A stretch of 32,904 bases of DNA from Chloroflexota bacterium (GTDB taxonomy: Bacteria > Chloroflexota > Dehalococcoidia > Lucifugimonadales > UBA3495): positions 1 to 32,904 of the forward strand of contig JADFPM010000002.1 of assembly GCA_022562335.1 (NCBI GenBank), written 5' to 3'. Positions 1-7,808 of this stretch are shown here, in pieces. The position numbers and the translations under genes were made by a program. The notes under the pieces were generated by a model, which was not told the origin of the DNA, ran no database searches, and saw only the letters and a program-made list of their open reading frames with translations. Numbering within the stretch: the first letter of the stretch is position 1; each line of letters opens with the position of its first letter.

Positions 1-1173
1 ATACCCGAGCTCCTGGGCTCGCTCGACGCCGGTGACGCCACCGCCGCGCTGGAGCTGGCTGTCCGAGCGACCGAGCTCGGCGACCGATTCGATGAAGCCG
101 ACCTCCGCGCGTTCGGCACTCTCAGCCACGGCCAGGCGCTCATCGCGATGGGCAGGACCGCCGACGGCACCGCACGGCTCGACGAGGTCATGGTGTCGGT
201 GACTGCCGGCGAGGTCGGCCCGATTGCGTCGGGCATCGTGTACTGCGCGGTGATCTTGGAATGCATGCAGCTCTTCGACGTGCCGCGCGCGTCCGAATGG
301 ACAGATGCGCTCAGTACCTGGTGCGATACCCAGCCCGATCTGGTTCCGTACCGAGGCCGGTGTCTGGTGCACCGATCACAGCTCCAGCAGGCTGCAGGCG
401 ACTGGCTGGATGCGATCACAACCGCGGAGGCCGCGTGCCGACGTCTCACCGACCCGCCCCATCCGGCCCTCGGCATGGCCTATTACCAGGAGGGTGAGCT
501 CCACCGGTTGGTCGGGGCCTTCGAGGAAGCAACGTCCGACTACCAACACGCCAGCCGCAACGGATTCGACCCGATGCCGGGGCTGGCGCTGCTGCAACTG
601 GCCGGCGGCGAGTCCGTCGCCGTCGCGAGCATTCATCGGGCACTCCAGGAGGCAACCAATCCGCGGGAGCGACCCGCGTTGCTGGCCGCCGCAGTCGACA
701 TTCTCCGTGCCGCCGGCGACCTCCCTGGCGCCCGCTCGGCCGCCGACGAGCTGGCAACGACCGCTCTCGCTTCGTCGTCGCAGGTGCTCGGGGCGATGGC
801 CGTGCAGGCCACCGGAGCGGTCCTTCTCGGGGAGGGTGACCCCGTTGCCGGTCTGGTCGAGCTCCGAGCCGCGGCGACGGCATGGCAGTCGCTGCGCATG
901 CCCTACGAAGCGGCACGAACCTCGGTCCTTCTCGGCCTCGGTTGCGCCGCCCTGGGGGATCGAAGCTCTGCTGCCCTCGAGTTCGACAACGCCAAGGACA
1001 CCTTCACCGAGCTCGGCGCGGCTCCCGACCTGGACCGCCTGAGCGCGCTGGCCCGCGGGCTGGTCGAAGGCACTGCCCCACGAGCAGAGGCCGCAGGAAC
1101 CTCGGCCCTGTCGGTCCGGGAACGTGAGGTGCTCGCGCATGTAGCCGCGGGCGAGACCAACCGGGAGATCGCC
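1..1173 (+). CDS. LuxR/LAL-type transcriptional regulator, internal fragment (5' end off-window, 3' end cut inside the HTH)
   Basis: Frame +1 is open from nt 1 (IPELLGSLDAGDATAALELAV...). It encodes Ala/Leu-rich TPR-like helical repeats. The start of a LuxR-type HTH, 'LSVREREVLAHVAAGETNREIA', follows at 1108-1173. Beyond that the frame reads antisense nrdJ (WAESQPPAFPRVPNTSKG...), which is nonsense. Hand-counted GC is about 70%. Confidence 0.7.
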
Positions 1174-1176
1174 TCG
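1152..1176. other. Breakpoint between two unrelated sequence contexts (probable assembly/splice chimera)
   Basis: The plus-frame LuxR HTH and the minus-frame NrdJ motif 'EAISRL' both stay family-plausible only up to this ~25-nt overlap. On either side each frame degenerates. GC drops from ~70% to the mid-50s downstream. There are no IS ends, direct repeats or att-like sequences. Confidence 0.6.
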
Positions 1177-3242
1177 AGTTGGGCCGAATCGCAGCCTCCC
1201 GCCTTCCCCAGGGTGCCGAACACCTCAAAGGGTTTGTTTTCCTCGTCGACGTTGATGGTCACGTACATGTTGCCGTGGCCGGTTCGCACCCTTTCGGTGG
1301 TGCCGTATATCTTTTGCGGCCGCTCCCGGGGCTCCCGCTCCCGGGACTCGATGGAATCCGGCTCCGAAGAGGCCTGGCCTTCTTTTCCGGCAAAGGACAA
1401 TACCTGTCCCGCCTTACTGCCGTCCCGGTACACGGTGATGCCCTTGCAGCCCAGGTCGTAGGCCAGCATGTAGGCCTGCCGGACCTCCTCAACGGTGGCG
1501 TCATGGGGGAAGTTGATGGTTTTGGACACCGAGTTGTCGGTGTGGTTCTGGAAGGCCGCCTGCATCTTCACGTGCCATTCGGGACTGATGTCGTGGGAGG
1601 TGCGGAACACGTTCTTGACCCATTGGGGCACGTCCAGGGTCTCCAGGCTCCCCTTCTCGGCCAACTGCTCCATCAGCTCCGCGGAGTAAAACCCCTCGCT
1701 CTTGGCCACCGCTTCGAAGTAGGGATACCCTTCCACCAACCGGGTGTTGTCCATCACGTTACGAACATAGCTCAGGGCGAACAATGGCTCGATGCCGCTG
1801 GAGGCGCCGGAAATGATGCTGATGGTTCCGGTGGGCGCGATGGTGGTGGGCGCTGAGTTCCGCATCAGACCCAAATGTAGCGCTCCCTGGGGGGTGGTCA
1901 TGTTATAAGCGCTTCCTTCCCATGCCGGGAAGGGCCCCCGCTCAGCCGCCAACGCGGCCGACGCCCGGATGCTCTCCTGCTGTATCCGCCCCATCACCTG
2001 TTCCGCCAGGTCCAGGGCCTCTTGCGAGTCGTATGGGATGGCCATCTGGATCAACAGATCGGAGAAGCCCATGACCCCCAGCCCAATGCGCCGGGTGCGC
2101 TTGCTCATCTCCTCGATCTCTTTGATGGGATACTCGTTCATATCGATGACGTTGTCCAAAAGATGGACCGACGTCTCTACGGCCTGGGCCAGACGGTCCC
2201 AATCGATGGAAACCTGGGTGGACTGGCCATTGTGATCGTATCTGACCATGCGCGCCAGATTGATGGATGCCAGGTTGCACGACTCGTAGGGCAGCAGGGG
2301 CTGCTCGCCGCAGGGATTGGTGCTCTCGATGTAGCCCAACTGAGGATTGGGGTTATCCCGGTTGATGACGTCCAAGAACACCATGCCGGGGTCTCCCGTC
2401 TTCCAAGCCATATCGGCCATCAGGTCAAAAACCTTGCGAGCGTTTTCCTGCCGGACCACTTCTCCAGTGCGGGGGCTGAGCAGATCGTAATCCGCCCCAG
2501 CCTTGACCCTTTCCATGAAATCCCGGGTTATTCCCACCGAGATATTGAAGTTGTTAAGGTTCTGCCCGTCCTCTTTGGACCTGATGAATTCCAATATGTC
2601 GGGATGAGTGACATTTAAGATACCCATGTTGGCGCCGCGGCGGGTCCCGCCCTGCTTGACCACGTCCGTCGCGGTGTCAAAGGCGCGGATAAAGCTGACC
2701 GGTCCACTGGCGATGCCACCCGTTGAGCCAACCACATCTCCCGCGGGCCGGAGCCGGCTGAAGGAAAACCCGGTTCCACCGCCGCTCTTGTGGATCAAGG
2801 CCGTCTGCTTGACCTTTTCGAAGATAAAATCCAGGGAATCTTCAATGGGCAAAACGAAACAAGCCGAAAGCTGCTGTAGCTCGCGGCCAGCATTCATCAG
2901 GGTCGGCGAGTTGGGCATCACCTCCAGACGGCGCATCATCTGGTAGAACTTCTCTTCGGTCTCCTGCCGCTGGTTTTCCGTTGCTCCGTACAGCAGATCA
3001 GCCTGTGACAGGTTTTGGGCCACCCGGCGGAACATGCCATCGGGGTCTTCCAACACGTTGCCCTGCCGGTCTTTGGACAGATACCGGCGTTCCAACACCA
3101 CCTTGGCGTTCTCCGTCAGTTCCGGGGACAAGTCGGTGAGGTCGTTGGTGATGCCAGCTTGTTCCAACGCCGCAGTGATCTTTTCCCGGTTTTTCTGAAC
3201 AGTGATATCGGACATACTCAATCTTTCTAATGGAGCTACCAT
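1158..3242 (-). CDS. nrdJ: Class II (adenosylcobalamin-dependent) ribonucleotide reductase NrdJ, 3'-truncated at the breakpoint
   Basis: Family motifs are present: 'PSPTLMNAG', 'SACFVLP', 'KSGGGTGFSFSRLRP', 'TNPCGEQPLLPYESCNLASINL', 'TIAPTGTIS' and 'GKAGGCDSAQLEAISRL'. The ATG at 3242 follows GAGGGG (5-nt spacer). An alternative ATG at 3215 gives MSDITVQ. The 903..3242 ORF tail below ~1158 is antisense LuxR DNA, not NrdJ. Confidence 0.9.
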
Positions 3243-3450
3243 TCCGACCCCTCAAATATCGCCAGCCCCAACTTACCGTGGGCATAACTTTTGCGTTCTA
3301 AAGCCCGCGAGCGGACAGATTATTTCAAATCTTCCGGGCCTCTATTTTGTACCACTTTATCCACGGGTTTTCCCCCAAAAGGTGTCACTGATACCGTATT
3401 GAATACGCGCCGGATTTATGGAAGAAAAATTCGAACCCTGTGCTTACATA

Positions 3451-3466
3451 CTACCATATAGTGTGT
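3451..3466. promoter_or_regulatory. NrdR box (distal) in the nrdJ promoter/leader
   Basis: CTACCATATAGTGTGT compared with the NrdR-box consensus acaCwAtATaTwGtgt. The C at position 4 and G at position 13 are conserved. It lies exactly 31 bp from the partner box. Confidence 0.6.
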
Positions 3467-3481
3467 TTATATAACACGTAA

Positions 3482-3497
3482 CTACAACACCTTGTAG
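3482..3497. promoter_or_regulatory. NrdR box (proximal, overlapping the predicted nrdJ transcription start)
   Basis: CTACAACACCTTGTAG is palindromic (CTACAA/TTGTAG), with C4 and G13 conserved. It starts 6 nt downstream of the -10 hexamer on the minus strand. Confidence 0.55.
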
Positions 3498-3503
3498 TGC
3501 CGC

Positions 3504-3532
3504 ATTCTATCTTTCGCGTTGGGGAAAGTCAA
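3504..3532 (-). promoter_or_regulatory. Sigma70-like promoter of nrdJ
   Basis: The minus strand reads TTGACT (3532-3527), a 17-nt spacer, then TAGAAT (3509-3504). This implies a ~250-nt leader to the nrdJ ATG. Confidence 0.55.
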
Positions 3533-3691
3533 GGGTTTTTGGGGACAAAATGTGTGGTGGGATGCCTTGTTTTGGCTGGGCATCCGAGGAAAAACCCGAT
3601 GGGGAAATACCCTTATTGCCAGTCCGGCCGGCCTAGGAAAGGCCCAGAGGTTCCCGGCAAGATTCCCAATTTGCCGGGGGTGATGGAGAAG

Positions 3692-3928
3692 TTAATCCTC
3701 TGGTTCGGGGGTGTCCGCCAGCCAGCAGGTGACCAGGCCGGCGCGCACCGTCTGATCTATCTCGTCCTGTAGGTCCGCTAACGGGCCTGGGGTGAACATC
3801 GCCGGCTCCCATAGGTCTGAATACCCGCCGGGCAGATGCATGTTTCTCAACTGAATGTCCAAATCGTATGCTCTATTGCTCAACACCAACAACCTGCACA
3901 GCGCCGATTGACTTAGACCACTATTCAT
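3692..3928 (-). CDS. Hypothetical 78-aa protein whose start overlaps the nrdR stop
   Basis: The ATG at 3928-3926 lies inside the last nrdR codons (GGTGATGAATAG), an 8-nt overlap. The product is MNSGLSQSALCRLLVLSNRAYDLDIQLRNMHLPGGYSDLWEPAMFTPGPLADLQDEIDQTVRAGLVTCWLADTPEPED. Hand-counted third-position GC is 54/78, close to the ~68% I hand-counted over the first ~44 codons of ftsZ. I recognise no family. Confidence 0.35.
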   Translation of the reverse strand: MNSGLSQSALCRLLVLSNRAYDLDIQLRNMHLPGGYSDLWEPAMFTPGPLADLQDEIDQTVRAGLVTCWLADTPEPED

Positions 3929-4556
3929 CACCGGTCTCTCCTGTCGATTCTTGGTCTGGAGCCAGCGAAATTCTGGAAGATGCTTGTTCGCTGGAACTCT
4001 TTCCTGGAAATCTGCCGTTGCCCGGCTGGCTGCGGGCGCCGGGCGGGCGCCCTCGGCGGCGGGTGGGCCTGGGAGCGGGAGGTGCATCTTTCAACAAAGG
4101 AAGCTGGGTGTTCTCTCCCTTCAGGTCTTTGACCGCCTCCTCGAAACTTTCTATGTCTTGAAAATCCCGGTAGACGCTGGCAAACCGGATGTAGGCCACC
4201 CTGTCTATGTCTTTAAGCCGGTCCATGACCATGGTGCCCAAGCGGTTGGACCTCACCTCAGATTGGCCCAAGCTCTGCAGCTCTGCTTCAATGTCGGCCA
4301 CCAGTTTCTCTATCGTGCGGGAAGGCACCGGCCGTTTGGTGCAGGCTTTACGGATCCCGGACAATAGCTTGTCCCGGTCGAACTCTTCCCTCCGGTTGTC
4401 TTGTTTCGTTACCATTAGCGACGTTGTTTGGATCCTCTCGTAGGTGGTGAACCGGTCCCCGCACTCCTGGCATTCCCGGCGGCGGCGAATACCGTTCTCC
4501 ACGACCCTGGAGTCGGTGACCTTGGAATCTGAGAAGCCGCAAAAGGGACAATTCAT
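3921..4556 (-). CDS. nrdR: Transcriptional repressor NrdR (zinc ribbon + ATP-cone) with a ~55-aa Pro/Arg/Gly/Ser-rich C-terminal tail
   Basis: The product starts 'MNCPFCGFSDSKVTDSRVVENGIRRRRECQECGDRFTTYERI' (CxxC...CxxC ribbon). The ATP-cone follows ('REEFDRDKLLSGIRKACTKRP...RVAYIRFASVYRDF'). At 211 aa it is clearly longer than the ~150-170 aa I recall as typical. Confidence 0.9.
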   Translation of the reverse strand: MNCPFCGFSDSKVTDSRVVENGIRRRRECQECGDRFTTYERIQTTSLMVTKQDNRREEFDRDKLLSGIRKACTKRPVPSRTIEKLVADIEAELQSLGQSEVRSNRLGTMVMDRLKDIDRVAYIRFASVYRDFQDIESFEEAVKDLKGENTQLPLLKDAPPAPRPTRRRGRPPGARSQPGNGRFPGKSSSEQASSRISLAPDQESTGETGDE

Positions 4557-4598
4557 ATCAATGGTTTGATTTTTATAATTTTCTTAAATGAATATAAA

Positions 4599-4614
4599 AT
4601 ACTATATAATGTGT
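4599..4614. promoter_or_regulatory. NrdR box (distal) in the nrdR leader
   Basis: ATACTATATAATGTGT is a near-perfect match to acaCwAtATaTwGtgt. Confidence 0.65.
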
Positions 4615-4629
4615 TATTGTTAACTGATA

Positions 4630-4645
4630 CTACCATCAGTAGTAG
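4630..4645. promoter_or_regulatory. NrdR box (proximal, at the predicted nrdR transcription start)
   Basis: CTACCATCAGTAGTAG has C4 and G13 conserved and lies exactly 31 bp from the distal box. A further half-site (TATATAGTG, 4654-4662) overlaps the -10. Confidence 0.5.
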
Positions 4646-4649
4646 CTAG

Positions 4650-4678
4650 ATTGTATATAGTGCTCTATTACAAGTCAA
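4650..4678 (-). promoter_or_regulatory. Sigma70-like promoter of nrdR
   Basis: The minus strand reads TTGACT (4678-4673), a 17-nt spacer, then TACAAT (4655-4650). The -35 hexamer and layout match those of the nrdJ promoter. Confidence 0.55.
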
Positions 4679-5057
4679 TAGATAACGAATATCGAAATAA
4701 GTGAGTATCAGCCGATGCCGGGATGATATCGCCTAAAAACCTGCCGACTATCATCCACCTATGACATTCAAAGGAACGGAATGGCGAAGGATCTGGTGGG
4801 CGGCCCCGTTGGCGACGCGCTTCATCAACGGCTTCACACAGTTGCTTCGCCCTTCCACGGAAGGGCTGGCTCTGAATGGCATGGATAGGGGTGGTGGCTA
4901 GGGTGGACCCATAGGTGTGGTTGGCCCAACACGAGATGTACCGAGGTGGCCGACTCGATTTTTTTGCGCTTTGGGGTAACGCCTCGTTTTGGCGGGTGCA
5001 GGACGCTGTCACCAGGGGCTTGCACCCAGGAGAGCAACTGTGAAAGGATTCAGAGGT

Positions 5058-5100
5058 GGAAATTTAAAGAGGCCGCCTCCCTTTTCAGAAAGACGGCCTC
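5058..5100 (-). terminator. Probable rho-independent terminator downstream of ftsZ
   Basis: The minus strand reads GAGGCCGTCTTTC-TGAAAA-GGGAGGCGGCCTC, a ~13-bp stem including G-U pairs. It is followed by TTTAAATTTCC. Confidence 0.45.
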
Positions 5101-5183
5101 ATGGCGGTTCCCGGCGCCTGGTTGGGTCCTGGAGTATGGGTAATAGTGCGCTTAGGCCTCCGAGAATATTACTCTAGGTGATT

Positions 5184-5209
5184 GGTCCCAGACCGAAAGG
5201 CCTGGGACC
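5184..5209 (-). other. Stable stem-loop in the ftsZ 3' UTR
   Basis: GGTCCCAGGCC-TTTC-GGTCTGGGACC on the minus strand forms an 11-bp stem with a tetraloop. It lies ~25 nt after the ftsZ stop and has no U-tract. Confidence 0.4.
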
Positions 5210-5232
5210 GGTTCATTCGCCCGGGAGACTTC

Positions 5233-6387
5233 CTATCGGAAGAACCCTCGGCTCTTATTGTTGGACTGGCGGCGCAGGAACGCCGGAACGTCCAGCTCCT
5301 CTTCTGATTCAGGGATCACATCCTGCAATAGCCGATCTAGCTCCGCCTCCCGGGCCAGTTGGCTGTCTTGGAGCATCGGAAAGGCGGCCGCCACCATGGT
5401 GATCTTCACTTCGTCCTCTAATTTGGGGTCGCGGCAGGTGCCAAAGATTATGGTGGCATCCGGATCGCTCATCTCTTGGATCACGTCCGCCGCCTGTTGC
5501 ACTTCCTGCAGACTGAGAGTGGGGCCGCCGCTGATAACAAAGAGCACCCGTTTCGCCCCGTCCATCGCTATGTCCAGCAACGGACTCTTGGTGGCCATCT
5601 TGGCGGCATCCACGGCCCGTTGCTCGCCTTTGCCCCGTCCGATGGCCAGCCAGGCCGGACCGGCGTTGCTCAAGATAGTCTTTACATCGGCAAAATCCAC
5701 GTTGATCTCACCGGGTACCGTGACGACTTCGGCGATGGCCTGGATACCTTGTTGCAGGACTGAATCGGCCATCTTCAAGGCGTCTTCCCAAGTGAAGGTT
5801 TGCTCGGCATGGTTGTTCATCTGTAGCAGCCGGTCATTGGGGATGACGATAAGCGTGTCTACCTGGTCTTTCAGCCGGTTGATGCCCTCTTCGGCGTTTT
5901 TCCGGCGGGTGCTGGCCTCGAAGGAGAAGGGTTTGCTGACCACGGCCACGGTCAATGCTCCCGACTCTTTGGCTATCTGGGCTATCACCGGCGAAGCCCC
6001 CGTGCCGGTGCCTCCGCCCATCCCGACGGCCAGGAAGACCATGTCTGCCCCTTCCAGGGCCTGTTCCAGTTCTGCCCGGCTCTCTTCAGCCGCCTGCCGG
6101 CCCAGATCAGGTTGGGCGCCCGCACCCAAGCCACGGGTAAGGTTCTGGCCGATGGGCAAACGGTGGGCCACGTCGCAACGGTACAGGTGCTGGGCATCGG
6201 TATTCACAGCGTAATATTCCACCACCGGCAGTTTTTCTTTGAACATACGGCTAACCGCATTGCTGCCGCCGCCGCCGATGCCCACGACTTTAATCAACGG
6301 CACTCCGCCCACGATCTCCGGCACCAGATTTCCCTGCTCTGGCAATTCCGCGGCCGGCTCCCAAGAGGCTGAACTGTCGAATACCAT
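5233..6387 (-). CDS. ftsZ: Cell division GTPase FtsZ
   Basis: Family motifs: 'IKVVGIGGGGSNAVSRM', 'AVNTDAQHL', 'GMGGGTGTGASPVIA' and the C-terminal peptide 'DVPAFLRRQ'. I chose the ATG at 6387 (MVFDSSAS...), which follows GGAGGGAGACGAT. The longer ORF reaching 6636 overlaps ftsA. Confidence 0.95.
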   Translation of the reverse strand: MVFDSSASWEPAAELPEQGNLVPEIVGGVPLIKVVGIGGGGSNAVSRMFKEKLPVVEYYAVNTDAQHLYRCDVAHRLPIGQNLTRGLGAGAQPDLGRQAAEESRAELEQALEGADMVFLAVGMGGGTGTGASPVIAQIAKESGALTVAVVSKPFSFEASTRRKNAEEGINRLKDQVDTLIVIPNDRLLQMNNHAEQTFTWEDALKMADSVLQQGIQAIAEVVTVPGEINVDFADVKTILSNAGPAWLAIGRGKGEQRAVDAAKMATKSPLLDIAMDGAKRVLFVISGGPTLSLQEVQQAADVIQEMSDPDATIIFGTCRDPKLEDEVKITMVAAAFPMLQDSQLAREAELDRLLQDVIPESEEELDVPAFLRRQSNNKSRGFFR

Positions 6388-6493
6388 ATCGTCTCCCTCC
6401 ACTTCACTTAGTTCCCTTGGCGTATAAGAATCGTTGAGATGAATGGCCGTTGGGCCATCCTTAGGATCTACCCTATATCTGGCACCCGCCTTT

Positions 6494-7798
6494 CTACTTG
6501 GCGCTGACCTTACGGGCCTGGCCTTCACCGGCAGATGCTTTGCCCCACTGGAACAGGGAACTCCACGATGTCTTTTCCCCGATCCGGTACGGGCGTTTCT
6601 CTCCTTGATGTTTGATTCCCCACAGCAGAAGGCCAACCGCAGTGGAAAATATGGGTTTGCGCAATTGGGACGGTAATCCGGCGATGCCGCTGGGGTAGGC
6701 TATCCGCACCGGGCCGCCCAATGTTTTCAGGGCCAATTCTTTGATGCCCGCCATTTCGGCGCAGCCACCGGTGATCACCAGCCCACCGGTGGGGAACTGC
6801 CGCAGCCCCGACTGCCGCACCTTCAAAAGCACCAGCTTCAGCAGTTCGATCATCCGGGCCTGTAGCGGTTCGCTGATGTCCCGCCGTTTAACCACTCGCC
6901 GGGGCTGCCCTTGGTAGCTTGGCACCACCACCTCTTCATCGGCGCGCACCAACTCCGGCATGGCGTTGCCCCATTTGACCTTCATCTCCTCAGCGGTGTA
7001 CCAAGGGGTCCGCATGGCCACCGACAAATCCCTGGTGAGCTGGTCGCCTCCGACCGGGATCACCGCCGAGTACCATGGGTTTCCCTGGCGGTAAATCGTC
7101 AGGTCGGTGGTGCCTCCGCCGATGTCCACCAACACCGCCCCCATCTCACGTTCGTCGCCGGTCAGGGTAGCCTCGGCCGAAGCCAGAGATTGCAACACCA
7201 GGCTATGCACCGATACCTTGGCGCCCTGAACGGCCCGGACAGTGTTCTTCAACGCAACGGCATCACCCATGATAACGTGGGCTTCCACTTCCACCTGCTT
7301 GGCGTGGAGACCCACCGGATTTCTCACGCCAGACAGTCCGTCGACATCGTAACCGATGGGGATTATGTGCAAGACTTCCCGGCCTGCGTCCAGCGGCGGA
7401 AAAGAAGCCTGCATCAGCTGATCGATCCGGTTGGAAGTGACGTCGTCCATGTCGCCGGGATTGTCCAGAACTTCCTTCGTGTTTTGGCAGGAGATGTGTA
7501 CCCCGCTGACTCCCGCGTACACCCCGGTTATCACGCCTCGGCCGATATACCGTTGTGCTTCTTCCAGCGACGCCTTCACTGCCGTTTGGACTTCGCCGAT
7601 GTTTTCGATACGCCCCTTTTGCATTCCCTGGGAGGCCACTAGACCGGTGCCCAATATCTTAAGCTCACCCTCGGACCCTACCCGGGCTACGATAGAACAA
7701 ACCTTACTAGTGCCTATGTCTACACCGGTGTAATAAATCTCTCTAGCCACTTCCCCTCCCGTCCTTTTATCCAACTCGCCTTCGGGCCGTAGGCCCAC
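6494..7798 (-). CDS. ftsA: Cell division protein FtsA
   Basis: Actin-fold motifs 'GVDIGTSKVCSIVA', 'VLVDIGGGTTDL' and 'VITGGCAEMAGI', plus a C-terminal amphipathic tail. The start may instead be the GTG at 7750 (VAREIYYTGVDIG), which follows GGGAGGGG. Confidence 0.9.
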   Translation of the reverse strand: MGLRPEGELDKRTGGEVAREIYYTGVDIGTSKVCSIVARVGSEGELKILGTGLVASQGMQKGRIENIGEVQTAVKASLEEAQRYIGRGVITGVYAGVSGVHISCQNTKEVLDNPGDMDDVTSNRIDQLMQASFPPLDAGREVLHIIPIGYDVDGLSGVRNPVGLHAKQVEVEAHVIMGDAVALKNTVRAVQGAKVSVHSLVLQSLASAEATLTGDEREMGAVLVDIGGGTTDLTIYRQGNPWYSAVIPVGGDQLTRDLSVAMRTPWYTAEEMKVKWGNAMPELVRADEEVVVPSYQGQPRRVVKRRDISEPLQARMIELLKLVLLKVRQSGLRQFPTGGLVITGGCAEMAGIKELALKTLGGPVRIAYPSGIAGLPSQLRKPIFSTAVGLLLWGIKHQGEKRPYRIGEKTSWSSLFQWGKASAGEGQARKVSAK

Positions 7799-7808
7799 GG
7801 CGTATTCT

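Noticed and set aside
903-1157. The 3' tail of ORF 903..3242 (-), and likewise the 1174..1461 tail of ORF 148..1461 (+), which make both ORFs look longer than the real genes.
   Set aside because: Each tail is simply read-through into the antisense strand of the other, unrelated gene across the breakpoint. The translated tails (SPAATCASTSRSRTDRAEV... and SSWAESQPPAFPRVPNTSKG...) have no family resemblance.
3243-3450. A possible cobalamin riboswitch in the long leader of the B12-dependent nrdJ.
   Set aside because: No B12-box (GCCACTG-type core) or the conserved GGGAA/GGTG elements are present. In addition, B12 riboswitches normally repress B12-independent isozymes, not nrdJ.
3497-3772. 91-aa ORF (+) between nrdR and nrdJ.
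   Set aside because: It starts inside the proximal NrdR box and reads through the antisense of the nrdJ promoter. Its composition is implausible.
4668-5012. 114-aa ORF (-) and neighbouring 60-70-aa ORFs in the ftsZ-nrdR gap.
   Set aside because: The 114-aa ORF runs through the nrdR promoter and -35 box. Its sequence is rich in Arg, Pro, Ser, Cys and Trp with no recognisable fold or family, and it has no RBS.
4965-5040. RNase P RNA-like strings on the plus strand (GGGGTAACGCCTCG and CAGGAGAGCAAC, reminiscent of E. coli M1 RNA 'CCAGGTAACGCCTGG' and 'ACAGAGAGCAAACC').
   Set aside because: The universally conserved GAGGAAAGTCCGGGC and ACAGAAnCCGGCTTA elements are absent on both strands of 4680-5232. 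The surrounding sequence cannot be laid onto the P4/P10-12 core. I also found no tmRNA or SRP RNA signatures.
5258-6214. Long antisense 'shadow' ORFs: 5258..6214 (+) opposite ftsZ, 6911..7642 (+) opposite ftsA, 7818..8558 (+) opposite rsmH, 14237..15148 (+) opposite xseA, 31627..32580 (-) opposite the MDR gene, and 376..1140 (-) opposite the LuxR fragment.
   Set aside because: The opposite strand carries unambiguous family motifs in every case. The shadow translations are Arg/Pro/Gly/Ser-rich low-complexity strings, as typical of GC-rich antisense frames.
6388-6636. Longest-ORF start codons for ftsZ (6636), tig (9239), clpP (10659), the PurN-like gene (13761), dprA (22429, TTG) and the SDR (31533).
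   Set aside because: The extensions either overlap the upstream gene or add non-homologous, compositionally odd N-termini. Downstream in-frame starts give N-termini that match the expected protein family start. All of these starts except that of dprA also have a recognisable Shine-Dalgarno sequence upstream.
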